Below are positions 1 to 12,613 of a stretch of DNA of 64,000 bases, one piece after another. Location: the NCBI GenBank assembly GCA_000320545.1, contig ADNK01002347.1, positions 16,280-80,279 of the forward strand, in the 5' to 3' direction. The notes beneath the pieces were generated by a model. It saw nothing but the letters and a program-made list of their open reading frames with translations. It did not search any database and had not been told where the DNA came from. Source of the stretch: Bigelowiella natans CCMP2755. Its lineage: Eukaryota > Protista > Cercozoa. Each line of letters starts with the position of its first letter. The first letter of the stretch is position 1. The translations under genes were made by a program, and so were the position numbers.

Positions 1-45
1 TAATTACACGCGGCGACTTAACGAGAGTGCAAAAGAAAGGAAGAA

Positions 46-3000
46 ATGCACACCACGCTAGGGAAGAAAGCTAATTCTGCGACAAAAGGTCCTGTGTTTG
101 TGTTGATAGATTATCGATCCGATACCGCCTGACCAATCTTAATATTATTGTCCATTGGATATAGGTGACAATGAAGCTATCACAATAGTTGGCCGGGCAG
201 CGAATCCTCTTAATAAGGAAAATTGGGAAGATGACTTTGAGCTCCCAGAGTCGCTAAATATTAGTGAAGGCCCATATCTCAAAGCGTTGGGAAAGAACGA
301 AGAAGTATGGGCTCCGGAGGAAAAAGAAGGTTCCTTTGGAGTTCCAGAATTTGGAGAAGAAGATCCATTGGCTGCTATGTCCGACGACGAAGAGAAAGGA
401 GATGCAATTGGAGTTGAGTCTAGGGATTTTGACGACAGCGATTCAGAGGATTGGGATCAACAGGCTAAAGCAGAACGTGAGAAAGAGGAGAAAACAAAGA
501 GGCATAGCAAAGAGGCTACCGAATACGATTTCTCTGGATTTGGCGACGACGATGAAGAAGAGGATTGGACTACCTTCGACGGGTTCCACGGCGAAGAACC
601 CTCCAGCTCATTTGCGCATTTGGACATTCCTGATGAAGAAGCAGTAGACGAAAATGACATAAAACAATATAGTCTTATAATGAAATTGATGGCGGAGCAA
701 GGCCAGGAGCGATATAATATAGTCACTTATCCTGAACCTCCGAGATTATACTCTGATAACTTGAAAGACAAAGTTGGTGCATATCAAGATGCGGAACTCA
801 TTGCATTTTTAGAGGGTTTGGGCAGGGATAGAGAGGAACAGAAACGAGATCTCAAGGAAGAGACTCCAAAGAGGAATGCATCAATATCGCAACGCATATC
901 CACCTCTACAGACAAAAACAAACTGAAGGATTCAAAGCAAAATAAGTATCTAAAGAAGTCTAGAAACTATTTAAGTCGTGACAGCTCTTTAAAGGAACGC
1001 GTCATGAAACTGTCGTTCGAAATAGATGAGAATGACTCCTTGCCTGCAATTCTGACCAAGTGCTCTGAAGTGGTGGCTCTGCTTATGATAGAGAAACCTG
1101 AGCGAATCGCCGAAGTCGTCGGGGACTGCGGGAAATATCTAGAATCAAATCTATCGTCTCCTACGATCACAGTTTTCAAAGACCACACAATCAGCGCAAA
1201 TTTGTTCTACAATTTGCTTCACATAACAGCAACATATCACCAAATCCACCCGATTCATATCCGTACCGCTATAGTTTGTTTCCCTACTTTTGCACCTTTA
1301 TTCAATCTCTTAAAATTTGAATGTAAGGCCCACCATGATGGAAGTGTAGCCGATTTGTTACTACAGTCTTTCTGTCAGATTTATGCAAATCAGAAAGAAA
1401 TTACTGATGAGTATGAAAAAAAGGTATCCCAGGAGAGTGTGGACGACTCTAAGGTTGTTCTGCACGTCAAGGGGAGGGACAATAATCCCGAAGCACAATC
1501 GTTCGAAAGTGTCATGCAGGGAGAATCAGAACCCGTCCTAGAAAAGAGCAGAAGCGGCACTAAACGTATGAAGGTTCGCGTAGCATACCAAGTCCAGGCT
1601 AGAGCACTATCAAGCTTGCATCTATATTTGGATAATCGCTCTCCCATAGACTGGAAGAAATTATCACGAGCAGCGCAATATGATCCTCTCGACAACCCCA
1701 GTTTCGAATGGCTCATAAATGCATTTGATGGCATACCCCCGAAAGAATCCACGGACGATCAGTTCAAGCTCACATATGAGATTTGCGGCAGCGAAATTAA
1801 GAGGATGAAAATCTTGCAGGGCCTGTACAAAAATATCGACCCATTTGAGTCATTAGCAAAGGTATCACCCTCACGTAACTTATAGCTCATTTCATCGCGT
1901 TCAATGCTAATCCCTTCCTATTCAACAATACGAAAAAAAATTAGGCTCAAGCGGCTTTTGCTCTCGCAAAGTATCTTTCTGAGGGGAGCCTTCAGGAATC
2001 CACAGGAGGTTTCCTCGGAATGGAAACTCTTAGTCATACCCGGGGGAACTTCTCGCGTGTTGCGGAAAATATAGCTTTTGAGTGTGTCATCGTTTTGGAC
2101 AGATTAGGTATGCAGGACAAAGCGTCTCTCCGATTCATCCAGTCTCCCATGGGAGTTAGCGCCCTTGTTTTATTTGGAGACATTTTAAACGCGAATTCCA
2201 AGTATCAGTACGCTGTTCATGCTTTTGAATCAGCAATCAATGTCTACAAAAATATGGAAGAGACCCGATACTCGAATATGATCAATACCTTATCAACATT
2301 GTGTGAAAAACACGACGATTGGGAAAGGGCTCTCAAATATCACAACAAGATTCTGGAAAAAGCTAAGATTGACGGCGATCTCAACATGTACGTCTATATT
2401 GTACAGCAGATTAGTAAGATCCATACCAAGGCAGGAGACTTCCTAACGGCAGTGAAGCATCTTCGTTCTGCGATTGAAATTCTTAACCAATGCATCAAAG
2501 AGAAGCAGGTTGATCTTTACATGTTGTTTATGTTGTGTGTGAGTATGTTGAACTGAAAGAATAAATTATGGATGATGATCATGATGATGATAATGATATG
2601 CAACAACAGAGCGGGCCTGTGAAGCACCACCATCTCCGCGGGGTCAACAATGCATTAGATGTCCACAATCGACATCTTGCAAAGCTGCATGGACTAAATA
2701 CGTCAAAGAAAATCGACTTTTTCCCGGAAGTTCATATGCAGGAAGTCAGGAACCAAAAAGTGAATCTTTACCTGCGACTTGCACAGCATTTCCTAGACGC
2801 AAAGCGCATAATAGAAGCGATCGTCGTCTTAGAGTTTCTCCTGGACAAAGAGGGAAACCTTCCTAGAGGCAAAATATCTGTCGTACATCTTCTTCTTGCA
2901 ACCGCGTACACCAAAAAGAGACTCTACGGGTGTGCACGGGAGCTGATAGAACATATGCAAAGCATCGCGAGAGAGAAGAAGAACTCCTCACTCTTCAATA

Positions 3001-6000
3001 TTCCTGGCTCTGAGGATGTATGCTTCAACGCAGAGTTTACCCCCATACTCGGCGTCAGCCCTTCTGAAGTCGTCAAAACACGAGAATTTGCTGCACTCTG
3101 CGCGAAGAATAACTATTGTCTCGGGATCTTCCCCAACGCGCAGCTATGGACTCGGGTACGAATATCAAAGTCAAATCCAACCAGCCTCACTCTGGGCCAA
3201 CGCGGGAATTTACACTATAGAATGGGTAAGATCTTGCAGGGCATCATATTTCAAGAGCTGGCAACAGCAAACATGGGGGCCAACAGCATATCGGAAGAGA
3301 TAACCGTGTTTCCCGACACCCGAGAGTGCATGAAGGAATTCGATCAGGCGTATACATTCTTCGAGAAGGTGGAGGATCAGGTTCACATCGCTAAAACCCT
3401 CGTTCGTATCGTAGAAACGTATTTGCACGTTGCTTTCATTTCGGTTGCTCTGCTGGGACAAAAGATCGAAATCCTCGAGAAATGGCTTGAGACTGCCGGT
3501 TTTACCCCTGATGGTCTGGATTCAAAAGACCCTAAAAAGGCGGTCAAAACCTGGGAACATTTTCTCTTCAAATTGGAGGGGCCTGCGTATGAATCCTTAG
3601 ACGTTGGGCTGAAGACTTACCACCCAGTTCTGTATCTGAAGGGCCTTATGAATGTGGCCGAGATACGATATCTGCAAGGAAATTATGAAGCTGCCTTGAA
3701 ATTTTGGAGGGAATGCAAGAATTCTCTCTTCACGGTGGCCATGAACTCTGAGAGATGCGTAATGGTCGATCGAGCAACGCCAGGAATGACTTCAAGCGTG
3801 CACTCAATTTTCGAACGACTTGTGAGGATGCTGATGTGCTTTCCGCCGGCTCTCATAAACATGAACTTGGTGCTGATAGATTCACACCATCTGCATATGA
3901 TCGAGCTGTTTGCTGACGTCGAGCAATGCTCTCCCATGCGTCTTTGGCATGGAGAGAAGAAATCTGAAGAGCAGGAGCAGCAAAACCAGGCAGCGGGAGG
4001 GTCTAATCAAACTGGACTGCGAAAGCAAAGGATGCTGCATATGAGGGGGATCCGAGATGATGTTGACATCTTCATGAACAATGACACTGAGGTGATGGTA
4101 GAGACGCGACGTTGGCTTCGTCAGCGGAAGACGCCGGAGCCCTTAACCCAGGAAAAGCACTGGCGTAAGCATCTATCTGCCTTCATGGGTGCTGTGGGAT
4201 CGAGATCTATGTCAAAGTCGCTGCATCATGACTTGGCGGGATCGATGATGTACGATAACTATCTCGACCGCGACAGCTACAAAAAAGCGATTGAGTTGCG
4301 GGACAAGGTGTGCTCCCTGTTCTACCAGATCTCTCTCAATTTCTCGCAGGCCACTGCGGGGAGATTCACTCAAAAAGAGCTCATGGTGAAAAACCGTAGC
4401 GATTTGAACGCCATCGTTAAGAACATGGATCAGCTGCGAAGTTTGACTTACAATAAAAGCGGAAGGCCTGGAGGAGTAGCTTCAGCGTATTCCCCCCCTG
4501 TTCAAGGACGTAAAATTGGAGGTTCTGCTGCTGGGAAAAACCCTCCTGTGCCTCCTCCTCCTCCCCCAGCAGCAGGATCAGCAGCAGCACATAGTAGTTC
4601 ACGTGTTGCGCCAGCAAGTAACTTTCCAACCACTCGACGAGCATCGTCGGTATGGATGTCGGAATTTAGCAGAAACAGCAACTCCAGGGCGGGAGATCCT
4701 CTATGGTCAACGTTGAACTACTGCATTCCCCTGGGAAATGTGATTGTTTTCTACTCTCCGCAATTAAGAGCAAAGAGCATTAGAATGGTGACGGCAGGGA
4801 CACTCATGCAGGGCCAAAGTAATGGACTTCGGATTGAACCGAAATTCCTATCGAGGGTCTTCCAAGACTTTATAGAATACCAAAATGAGCTGAGAGGCGG
4901 CACCGTTCTGGAAAGAGGGGAGGCCAAGTCAAGGCGGGGAGGTCTACACCAGAGAGAGACGGAAATACTCAAGTTTGCAAGGAAGTTGGGCATGCTAAGT
5001 GAAGGAAAGGTAGATATGAGCAGAGATTTCGGTTCAAAAAAGAAAGAAACTAGTAGAGATTTTCAACCGCTGCAGGAGGAAGACCCAAATGAAATGATTG
5101 ACGAGGAAATGAAAGAGGACATCCAGAGCAAGCATTTATCTGCAGCTCCACAAGCAATACTTGATTCGAGTAGCGGTGATTTGAAAGTGGGCGCGACGAC
5201 GACCAAAGCAAACATTTCCAACTCCGAAATGCGTGCTATAAGGCGGCGACTGCCCAGCTCTCAATTTCTCGCGGATTTAGATGATCAGGAGACAATGCCT
5301 GAGGAAGAATTACACCCTGAAATCGATGAAATCCATCCAACTCCAAGCAAGAAAACTGCGAAACAAAAGCAAAAGGAGAAGAGGTCGCGAAATGATAGGG
5401 TTGGATCTTTGTATGACGTTCTTGATGAGTTGCAGGGAGTATCTAGCTCCAATGCAATCAAGGGACCTCCCGAGGAGGAACAGCAGCCAAAGATGGCCGT
5501 TGGCGCTCCAGACTCTGAAGAGGAAACTCCATCGAAGAAGCTCAAAGAGAAAAAGGTTGACTCTATAGAAACGGAGAGTTCATCGGAGTATCGTAAGCGG
5601 ACCTCATCGGAAATTACGCTTGCGAAGCTTGAGTTGGACATTTCTTTTGAGCAGAAGGAAGCGAATAGTCATGGAGAAAGGAGAACTTCTGTCTTGGAGA
5701 TCTTCAGCAACAGAGACAAGCTCGTCACAGCGAAAAGCACCTCCGCTAGAAGATGGAATGGAGTAACTTTCATGGTCAACTGCACAGATGAAAAACAGAC
5801 ATTGTGGTTCGTCGTGCGACGTGGCTCAAGGGACTGCGATTTCTTCGGATCTGTGCATATTCCCCTGCACGATCTTGTGAAAGCAAAATCGGACTTCAAG
5901 CTCGATCTTGAAGACAAAAGCAACCTCCACTCGCAACCCGACCTTCTCAACACAGTCCCAAAAGTCGGAGAAATAACCTTTCATCGAATTGAATGCGGTC

Positions 6001-7505
6001 CGAAGGGTAAATTCCGTGATGAAAATATAGAAGAGTCGCTTACGTTTCCGGATATGAAGGAGGATAGTGACACAGATTCTCAACAAGCCATAATTGAGAA
6101 GCTTCTTCCGCCATCCTTTGACATCATGCTGATAAAGGAACTTCTAGCTGCTTTGGATAGGCAGAACATTCTAGCTCTTCTCTCTGGAATGTTCAACGAA
6201 TGCCAAATAATCCTCACATCTCAGAACAACTTCCGCTTGAAGGCTGCCATAAATTGTCTGCTTCGGCTAATGTACCCTTTCCACTGGCAGCACACTCTCG
6301 TGCCGTTGCTTCCACGTTCGTGTGTTGGCATGCTCAGTCTGAAATCGCCATACATTATTGCTGTCAATCAGTTCGTTTTCCCGAGCTGCATCGACCTGAT
6401 TCCCCCCAAAGCCATCGTAGCTTTCCTCGATCATAACCAGATACGTATTCGCCCTGGCACTTTCACCGCTTTCCCCCCCCAGATCAAGAATCGACTATCG
6501 ACAGCCATCCAGCAATTTCGCGTTATGTTATTCCGTAGTTTAGTGACTAATAAAGATCCATATGCCGAAGGAGCAGATAAGAAGCTGATGAGAAGTGGCA
6601 GCTTTACCACCAAAGCGACTGGTTCTCAACGATCTGGGGGAGATATTCAAGTTAAAATAACCGGCCCTACTGAAGAGCCAGCGTCTGTGAAATCCACAAG
6701 GTTAGCAACGGCAGTGGGCTCTACCAATTCATCGAGAAGATTTGGGTCTCCAGTGGCAAGGCCTGAAATGTCACTCCAGATTCTCAAACAGCACTTCCTT
6801 GATTGCTTCGTATCGCTGTTCTATAAATTCCGCTTAAATTGGACAGGCAATCCAAAGCAGCCTCTTGATGTGAGAGGGTTCCTCAGGCTCACAAAGCCAG
6901 AGTACCGTATGTTTGTCCGCCGCTTTGTCCGAACGAAGGTGTTTGGGAATTTCATTGAGTTACGAGCCAATCTCAGCATCGAGCAGCATAGCCCAAGCTA
7001 TGTATTCGACGAAATGGTTTACAGGAAGATTTACGATAAATATCTGAAGATCCGTAGCCTACAATCGGCCACTAAAACAGGCAAGATGCTATGTCAGAAA
7101 GGGAAGGGAAGATGGAAGATGCGATCCGTTGAAATCTTACAAAATCATCTGAATGTGTACAAGTATAACAAGAGAAAAGGTGCAAAATACACGCGTTTAC
7201 TGAAGTCGGGTTGGTTTCAAATTGACATCCACAAAGCCGTAGGCAACAATAATAACTATTTCTCATTCGAGCTAAGGAACGTGTGGGAAACTCAGAAGGA
7301 TGATTCTACGTTGACCTTCAGAGTAACAAGTGAAAAGGAAAGGCAAGAATGGGTTAAAGCGATAAATGTTCGCATAATGGATAGCCATTTGAAACTCTCA
7401 TACGAGTTTGTCGTGAATAAGCTCGGTCCTCGATTTGCTGGATCTAATGATGAGATGGTAGCTATCATGCCGAAACAGAAGCAGACCATTCCTAGGCCAG
7501 GATAA
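46..7505 (+). CDS. Large TPR-repeat + DENN (cDENN/dDENN) + PH domain protein, probable Rab GEF (~2399 aa, 4 exons)
   Basis: Exons 46-88, 165-1861, 1945-2508 and 2610-7505 join in frame through GT-AG introns (phases checked). TPR-like helices (ALKYHNKILEKAK; RGNLHYRMGKIL). cDENN motif 'ECQIILTS...LLRLMYPFHWQHTLVPLLP...PYIIAV'. dDENN 'FVRRFVRTKVFGNFIE'. C-terminal PH 'GRWKMR...LTFRVTSEKERQEWVKAI'. First exon and start codon are least certain. Confidence 0.85.
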
Positions 7506-8231
7506 TATAGAGCAACTACATTAGAAATGTAAATGTTAACAATGAAATCCACCATTCAAAATTGTATAATTGAGTCCACACATGCGCTACATGCTGTAAT
7601 AAAGACATACGTACACTGTTTCTATGACATCAAGCTAGCAAGGCATTGCGACGACAGTACATTGTTAAAATTGGCGTGTGTCTGCAGCATGATGAGGTGC
7701 GCACATGTAGGACTTACTGGCGTACCCCAATCGGTCTGGACACCCATCATTACAGCTTGCAGCTCGATGCTATGCTAGCTATGCGTCCATGATGGACGAT
7801 GCACCATCTAGCTAGTGTACACGTGCTAACGTGGGCTATGCACACTGTGGCGCGGCTACATCTAGACATGATGTTCTGGCTTCAAGTATGTATGTACTCT
7901 AGTACTCTACGATACTAATAACTAGATCATTGCTTGCTCTGGCTCTGATTTTATGACTTTCTATCGCGTTCGACGCTCATAAACCAATTTTACCATCACA
8001 AATTATATTATATATTTATTTTAACTTTATTAATTCATTCAAGTACATAGCCAAGCTCAAGCAGCAGTTCACGTGTAGCTGTACACTCTGATTCTGGGTA
8101 GTCGTCGGTCATATCAGAGTCATCGAAGTCACGTCGAGTATCTTCGCAACATCTAATCACACAAATTTACAACAGCTTCAATTTAACAAGTTTGATACCA
8201 ACTCTAACAATGTTATCACTAGGGTTGAATA

Positions 8232-8967
8232 CTACTGCTTCAAGAGTTTGGGGGGGGAAAGATCCAGCATTCTACGTGCAGCTAATTCCGTTATAATAGT
8301 TGAAATATTTTCCGAGAACGTTGGGAGCAACAGATACTTAACCTAAAAATTCACAAAAAAACACAAATATTTTTGAACATGTTTGAAATTGATTGTGGAA
8401 TCCAGACTAAAAGATTTCTAGAGTTTAAAGTGTAGAGTAACATTTTCTTCCCAGATTCTATCTCTGCAGCTGTCATGGAGCATACGCAAAGCTTTGTGAT
8501 CAGCAAACCGCGCAGCAATGTGGCCTACGCAATTATAATCAAGTAGATATCAGACAACTGCAGATCCTATATGATCAAACAAGCGAAATTATGGAAGAAG
8601 ATGAATAAACCTGGCGTTCGTCCCATCAGATCCCTAGCGTCAAGATCAGCCTTTGCATCAATGAGCAATTTAATTGTTTCTTGGTTTCCACCACTATATC
8701 TGCATGCGAAATGCAGCGGAGTCCAGGCATTTTTATGTGCGTGCCCGCTGAGATAGCTGAACCTTTGAGTATTGCAAGAATGACTGGGAGGTTTTGGAAG
8801 TTATTTATCAAAGGCAGCAACCATTTGAGGTTATCTGGTTGTCGAGCATTGACTTGGGCCTTTTTCTCGAGTAAACGTTTAACTTCTTTTGCGTTGTGTT
8901 GAAACGAAGGTTGGAATAACTCCCCTCCATACTGATTCTTCGCCTTCTTCGACGCCTCAGAACCCAT
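8232..8967 (-). CDS. Small ankyrin-repeat protein, possibly N-myristoylated (4 exons)
   Basis: Spliced reading (intron 8748-8821; further donor at 8610): MGSEASKK...AQVNARQPDNLKCGHAHKNAWTPLHFACRYSGGNQETIKLLIDAKADLDARDLMGRTPGHIAARFADHKALRML. TPLH/TPGH ankyrin motifs; MGxxxS N-terminus. Last exon (VKYLLL...KQ*) is inferred. Confidence 0.8.
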
Positions 8968-9369
8968 CCCAGTTATTCCAAACTAGAGAAGTTGTACCTC
9001 GTTCTGTCGAAGGGGAGAGAAAATTCGAAGCACCTTCAGCAAGTGAGAGATGCCATGTGTTCGAAGAATAAAGAGTGTTTCTTTACTGCGACAACGAAAT
9101 ATCATTGACGCAGACTTCGTGTTTTTTTGACGGCAAAAACAGTCTTCCTATTCATTCTGCGACAAAGATAAACCATTGTCGTAAACACAGAAAACAACAC
9201 TTCTGCCTCTCCTCCGAAAGATGAACGATCCGCAACGAGCAACGTCAACGGATCAAAAAATCAAAATCCATCTCCCCACGCGTCCTTCATATAAAAGAAA
9301 TAAAAATCAAAGTAGGGCAGCCATACAGTCTATTGGCTTGCTCGTTCGCTTTAGAACCAAAAGTTTCGT

Positions 9370-10574
9370 ATGCTGTCGTGGGCAGATCTAGGGCCGCTGT
9401 CAGGATGCGTTGCGATCATCGCAATGCTGGTGTACCAGTGGCCAGGGGACATTCCATTCTTGAAGCCGCCGCGAATGAAGAAGACACAACAACACATACT
9501 AGGATTCGGTGGCTGTTTGCACCATGACTTCCATCCTTGGGAGATTTTTGACGCGGTACTAAAAGAATGAAATTCCTGGTTTGATTGCTTTTTGATTAGA
9601 TGTCCCATCAGGTGGCGGCAGCGAAAGTTGACAAATTCATCTTCATGGGTAAACATGACGAAGCTAATATTTCAATCGGAAAGAAAAATGAATAGAATTA
9701 TATTCTATAGTTTTTCGTGTTCGGGAAACTATCTTTTCAGCTATGACTGTTTCGTTGTCAGGTGATTTTATCTATGCTGACTGGCCAGACTCTTCGAGGG
9801 GGTTGGAGGACCTCACAAAACTGTCTGAAAACGGTGCAGAAAAGTGATATTTTAATCTTTCATGAAGATAAGGACTAAGATCATAGTGTGGATGATTGGC
9901 CATTATTGTAACCGTTTTACAAATGATCGGATCTTGAGTTACTTTAACAACATGAAGCATTTAGTGATGATCTTGCTTGATTGACATGGTTAGCATAGAT
10001 CTCATAATATCTCTCCACTTCTATTGTATTACGCATAGAGTACAAGCACCGACTGAACGGACTGTACGAGGGAGCTCTCAACGACCAAAAGCTTTTACCT
10101 CTGCTTCGAAGCGAGAAAATGTCATCATCGTCGTCTTCGTCGCCATTATTCTCGCCTGTTCCCTAATATATATATGTCGTTGCGACCTTCCCTTTGAGGA
10201 TATGATTATTATATTCATCTAACGTGCTAACAACAATAAACACAGCTATTTCATGTGGAACGATCATGAAATATTCGACAACTATGATCAAGGGCCTGAT
10301 ACTATGCACTATAAGGTGTTGTTCCAACAACTAGTTTTGATGGCAGACACAATTGTATGATAAACAAGCTCTAAGAACACACGCACATTAAAGTCACACA
10401 AAAAGGAACTGATCCATTTTTGTGTTGGATGTTGAATATACATTTGCATGGTTATCGAGTAGATTGCCAAAGATGCTTTTCAATCCCACTTAACATCCAA
10501 ACATAACCCATCTCCTGTTGACGATGGTAGGTGCAAGCAACAATCAATGAAAGACAACAGTATCATAAGATTTG

Positions 10575-10626
<52 letters not shown>

Positions 10627-10923
10627 GGGGGCGGAAGAGCATAGAAGTTGCGATGGGATCATCATGTAAATATGTGTCTTAAACATCAGGCGAGCTTTAC
10701 TTTACATTCTCTAACAAGAAGTATGAATATGAGGTATTAGTGCATAACCCACACTTTCACTTTTGGATGTTTTTCATTAATCTTCTCGTGACTTTCTCTT
10801 CTGCCTTTCCCTGCTAAAAACAGGTGTTTGTGCTAGATACAAGATCCTTTCGCTCTCCGATGGTAGTCGCTGATGACGATAACATAGAAGTTACTAATTA
10901 TACTACAAGACTTCCCAGTCGTG

Positions 10924-10959
<36 letters not shown>

Positions 10960-11091
10960 GTCTTCTCCAAATGCTCTACAAGATAAAAAAGGATGGTCCT
11001 ACGAGTGAGAAAACTATGTTGGGGGAGAAGCAACTTGGGAGGTGATCCAATGAAACTTGCTTCCTCAATACAACACACAGAGGCGCGCGCG

Positions 11092-11133
<42 letters not shown>

Positions 11134-12333
11134 CATACTAAAATTCACCAGACTACTTGAGTGGCTCTCACGGATGCCTAAAAACTCATGGAAGCTCCTC
11201 GTATCCTCCTGCATGTGGAATGATTATGCAGCGACAGGTCGAGGGAAAGAAATGAGGGGAGGAGGGGAGGCATTACATGACAGTATTAGTTTATCACTCT
11301 TTACATCCCTTCTCTATCCATTCTGCCACGGCTTTCCTGCCTTTAACACTATAAGCATACGCACACACGAGGCACGATTCCACTCGTTAGCTGTTGTGAA
11401 TGGGGATGCAAATCTCGATGGTTGGGCTCGCTATAAAACTGAGCGCGACCAAATACTTCAATATATCCGCGAGGTAGTTCCGCACATGCACATAGCCATC
11501 ATTGTACAACTTGAGACATTGGAAACTGTCGTAGTAAAAATAGCCGAAAATGTCATAAAAGTAATCTTGATCTACGATCGACATATATACGTTCTTCGTG
11601 TTCTGCTGCACGCGACAGAGGGGAATTAGAAACGTTGTTCTGCTTTCTGCGGATGCGAATTGGAGCGGTATCTTCAAATTTAAGCAATCATCAGGGATAG
11701 AGGTAGAAACTAGTCAAGCGCATTCACTACTTCCTCAAGAATGGGGGGGGTTAGGAGGAGACAGTAGAGATGATGCTATGACTGTATGACTCACATTGAT
11801 GCTATTGTATTGGACAAAGGATGATAAAGCTCGGATCGATAATACAATATATGAGTTTTCCGTGAGTCCCCTCGCCGCACCACCTCTTGACCCGGTATCA
11901 GCAAAAACTAATGGTGTATAGTTCGCGAGGGGGGGGGGAGAAATCGAGGGCAGTGGTAGCGACAGTACAGCAGTAGAAGTAGTAGTTGTGGAATTAAAAA
12001 GAAATTTTCAAAATACGATATCTTGTAATGAATCTTCGCTTTTCACGACGGTGTTGTGCGTGATTTCGTAGTATATTGATGCCAACTTTTTTTTGAAAAC
12101 CACAATATTCCTGAGTCGCTATATTACTTCATCAACATACAATAGCAGCTATTGAAAGATGACCCCGAGCATGTAGTACATGTCACTAAAGGCAAGACGA
12201 ATGGTATTAATGAGTAGTAGGACTCCTTGAGACTTTAGGGGTAGAATTTTTAGAATACGCTGCACCAGTTGTTTCTCCATACATATGCGTCTCAAACCTC
12301 AATTTTGATCTGCAGACGGAAAATAATATGTGC

Positions 12334-12412
<79 letters not shown>

Positions 12413-12613
12413 CTGCGTGTGCCGTTTGTAGTATTTGGCTGGATGGATTTCAGTGAAAACGGAGGAGATTCGCTGACGTTTAAATTATTTCACTATCGTC
12501 CGGAGGAAAGTATAAGTAGATTGATAGACGAGCATAACGATGGACAAATGACGATGAGTGCTTCAACGTTATTCAACTTTAGCTTCCATCCCCACTACAC
12601 ACCTTCAACTTAG
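9370..12613 (+). CDS. PhoD-family alkaline phosphatase/phosphodiesterase-like protein, N-terminal signal or anchor, many small exons
   Basis: Ordered PhoD motifs in successive GT-AG-bounded exons: GFGGC, FIFMG|DFIYAD, YFMWNDHEIFDNY, VFVLDTRSFRSP, KTMLGEKQ, WKLLVSS, LDGWARYKTERDQILQYI, IRNVVLLSADAN, YEFSVSPL, FGWMDF. Confidence 0.85.

Noticed and set aside
11387-11677. Minus-strand 96-aa ORF that looks protein-like
   Set aside because: Antisense to PhoD exons and an intron; the plus strand carries the conserved motifs.
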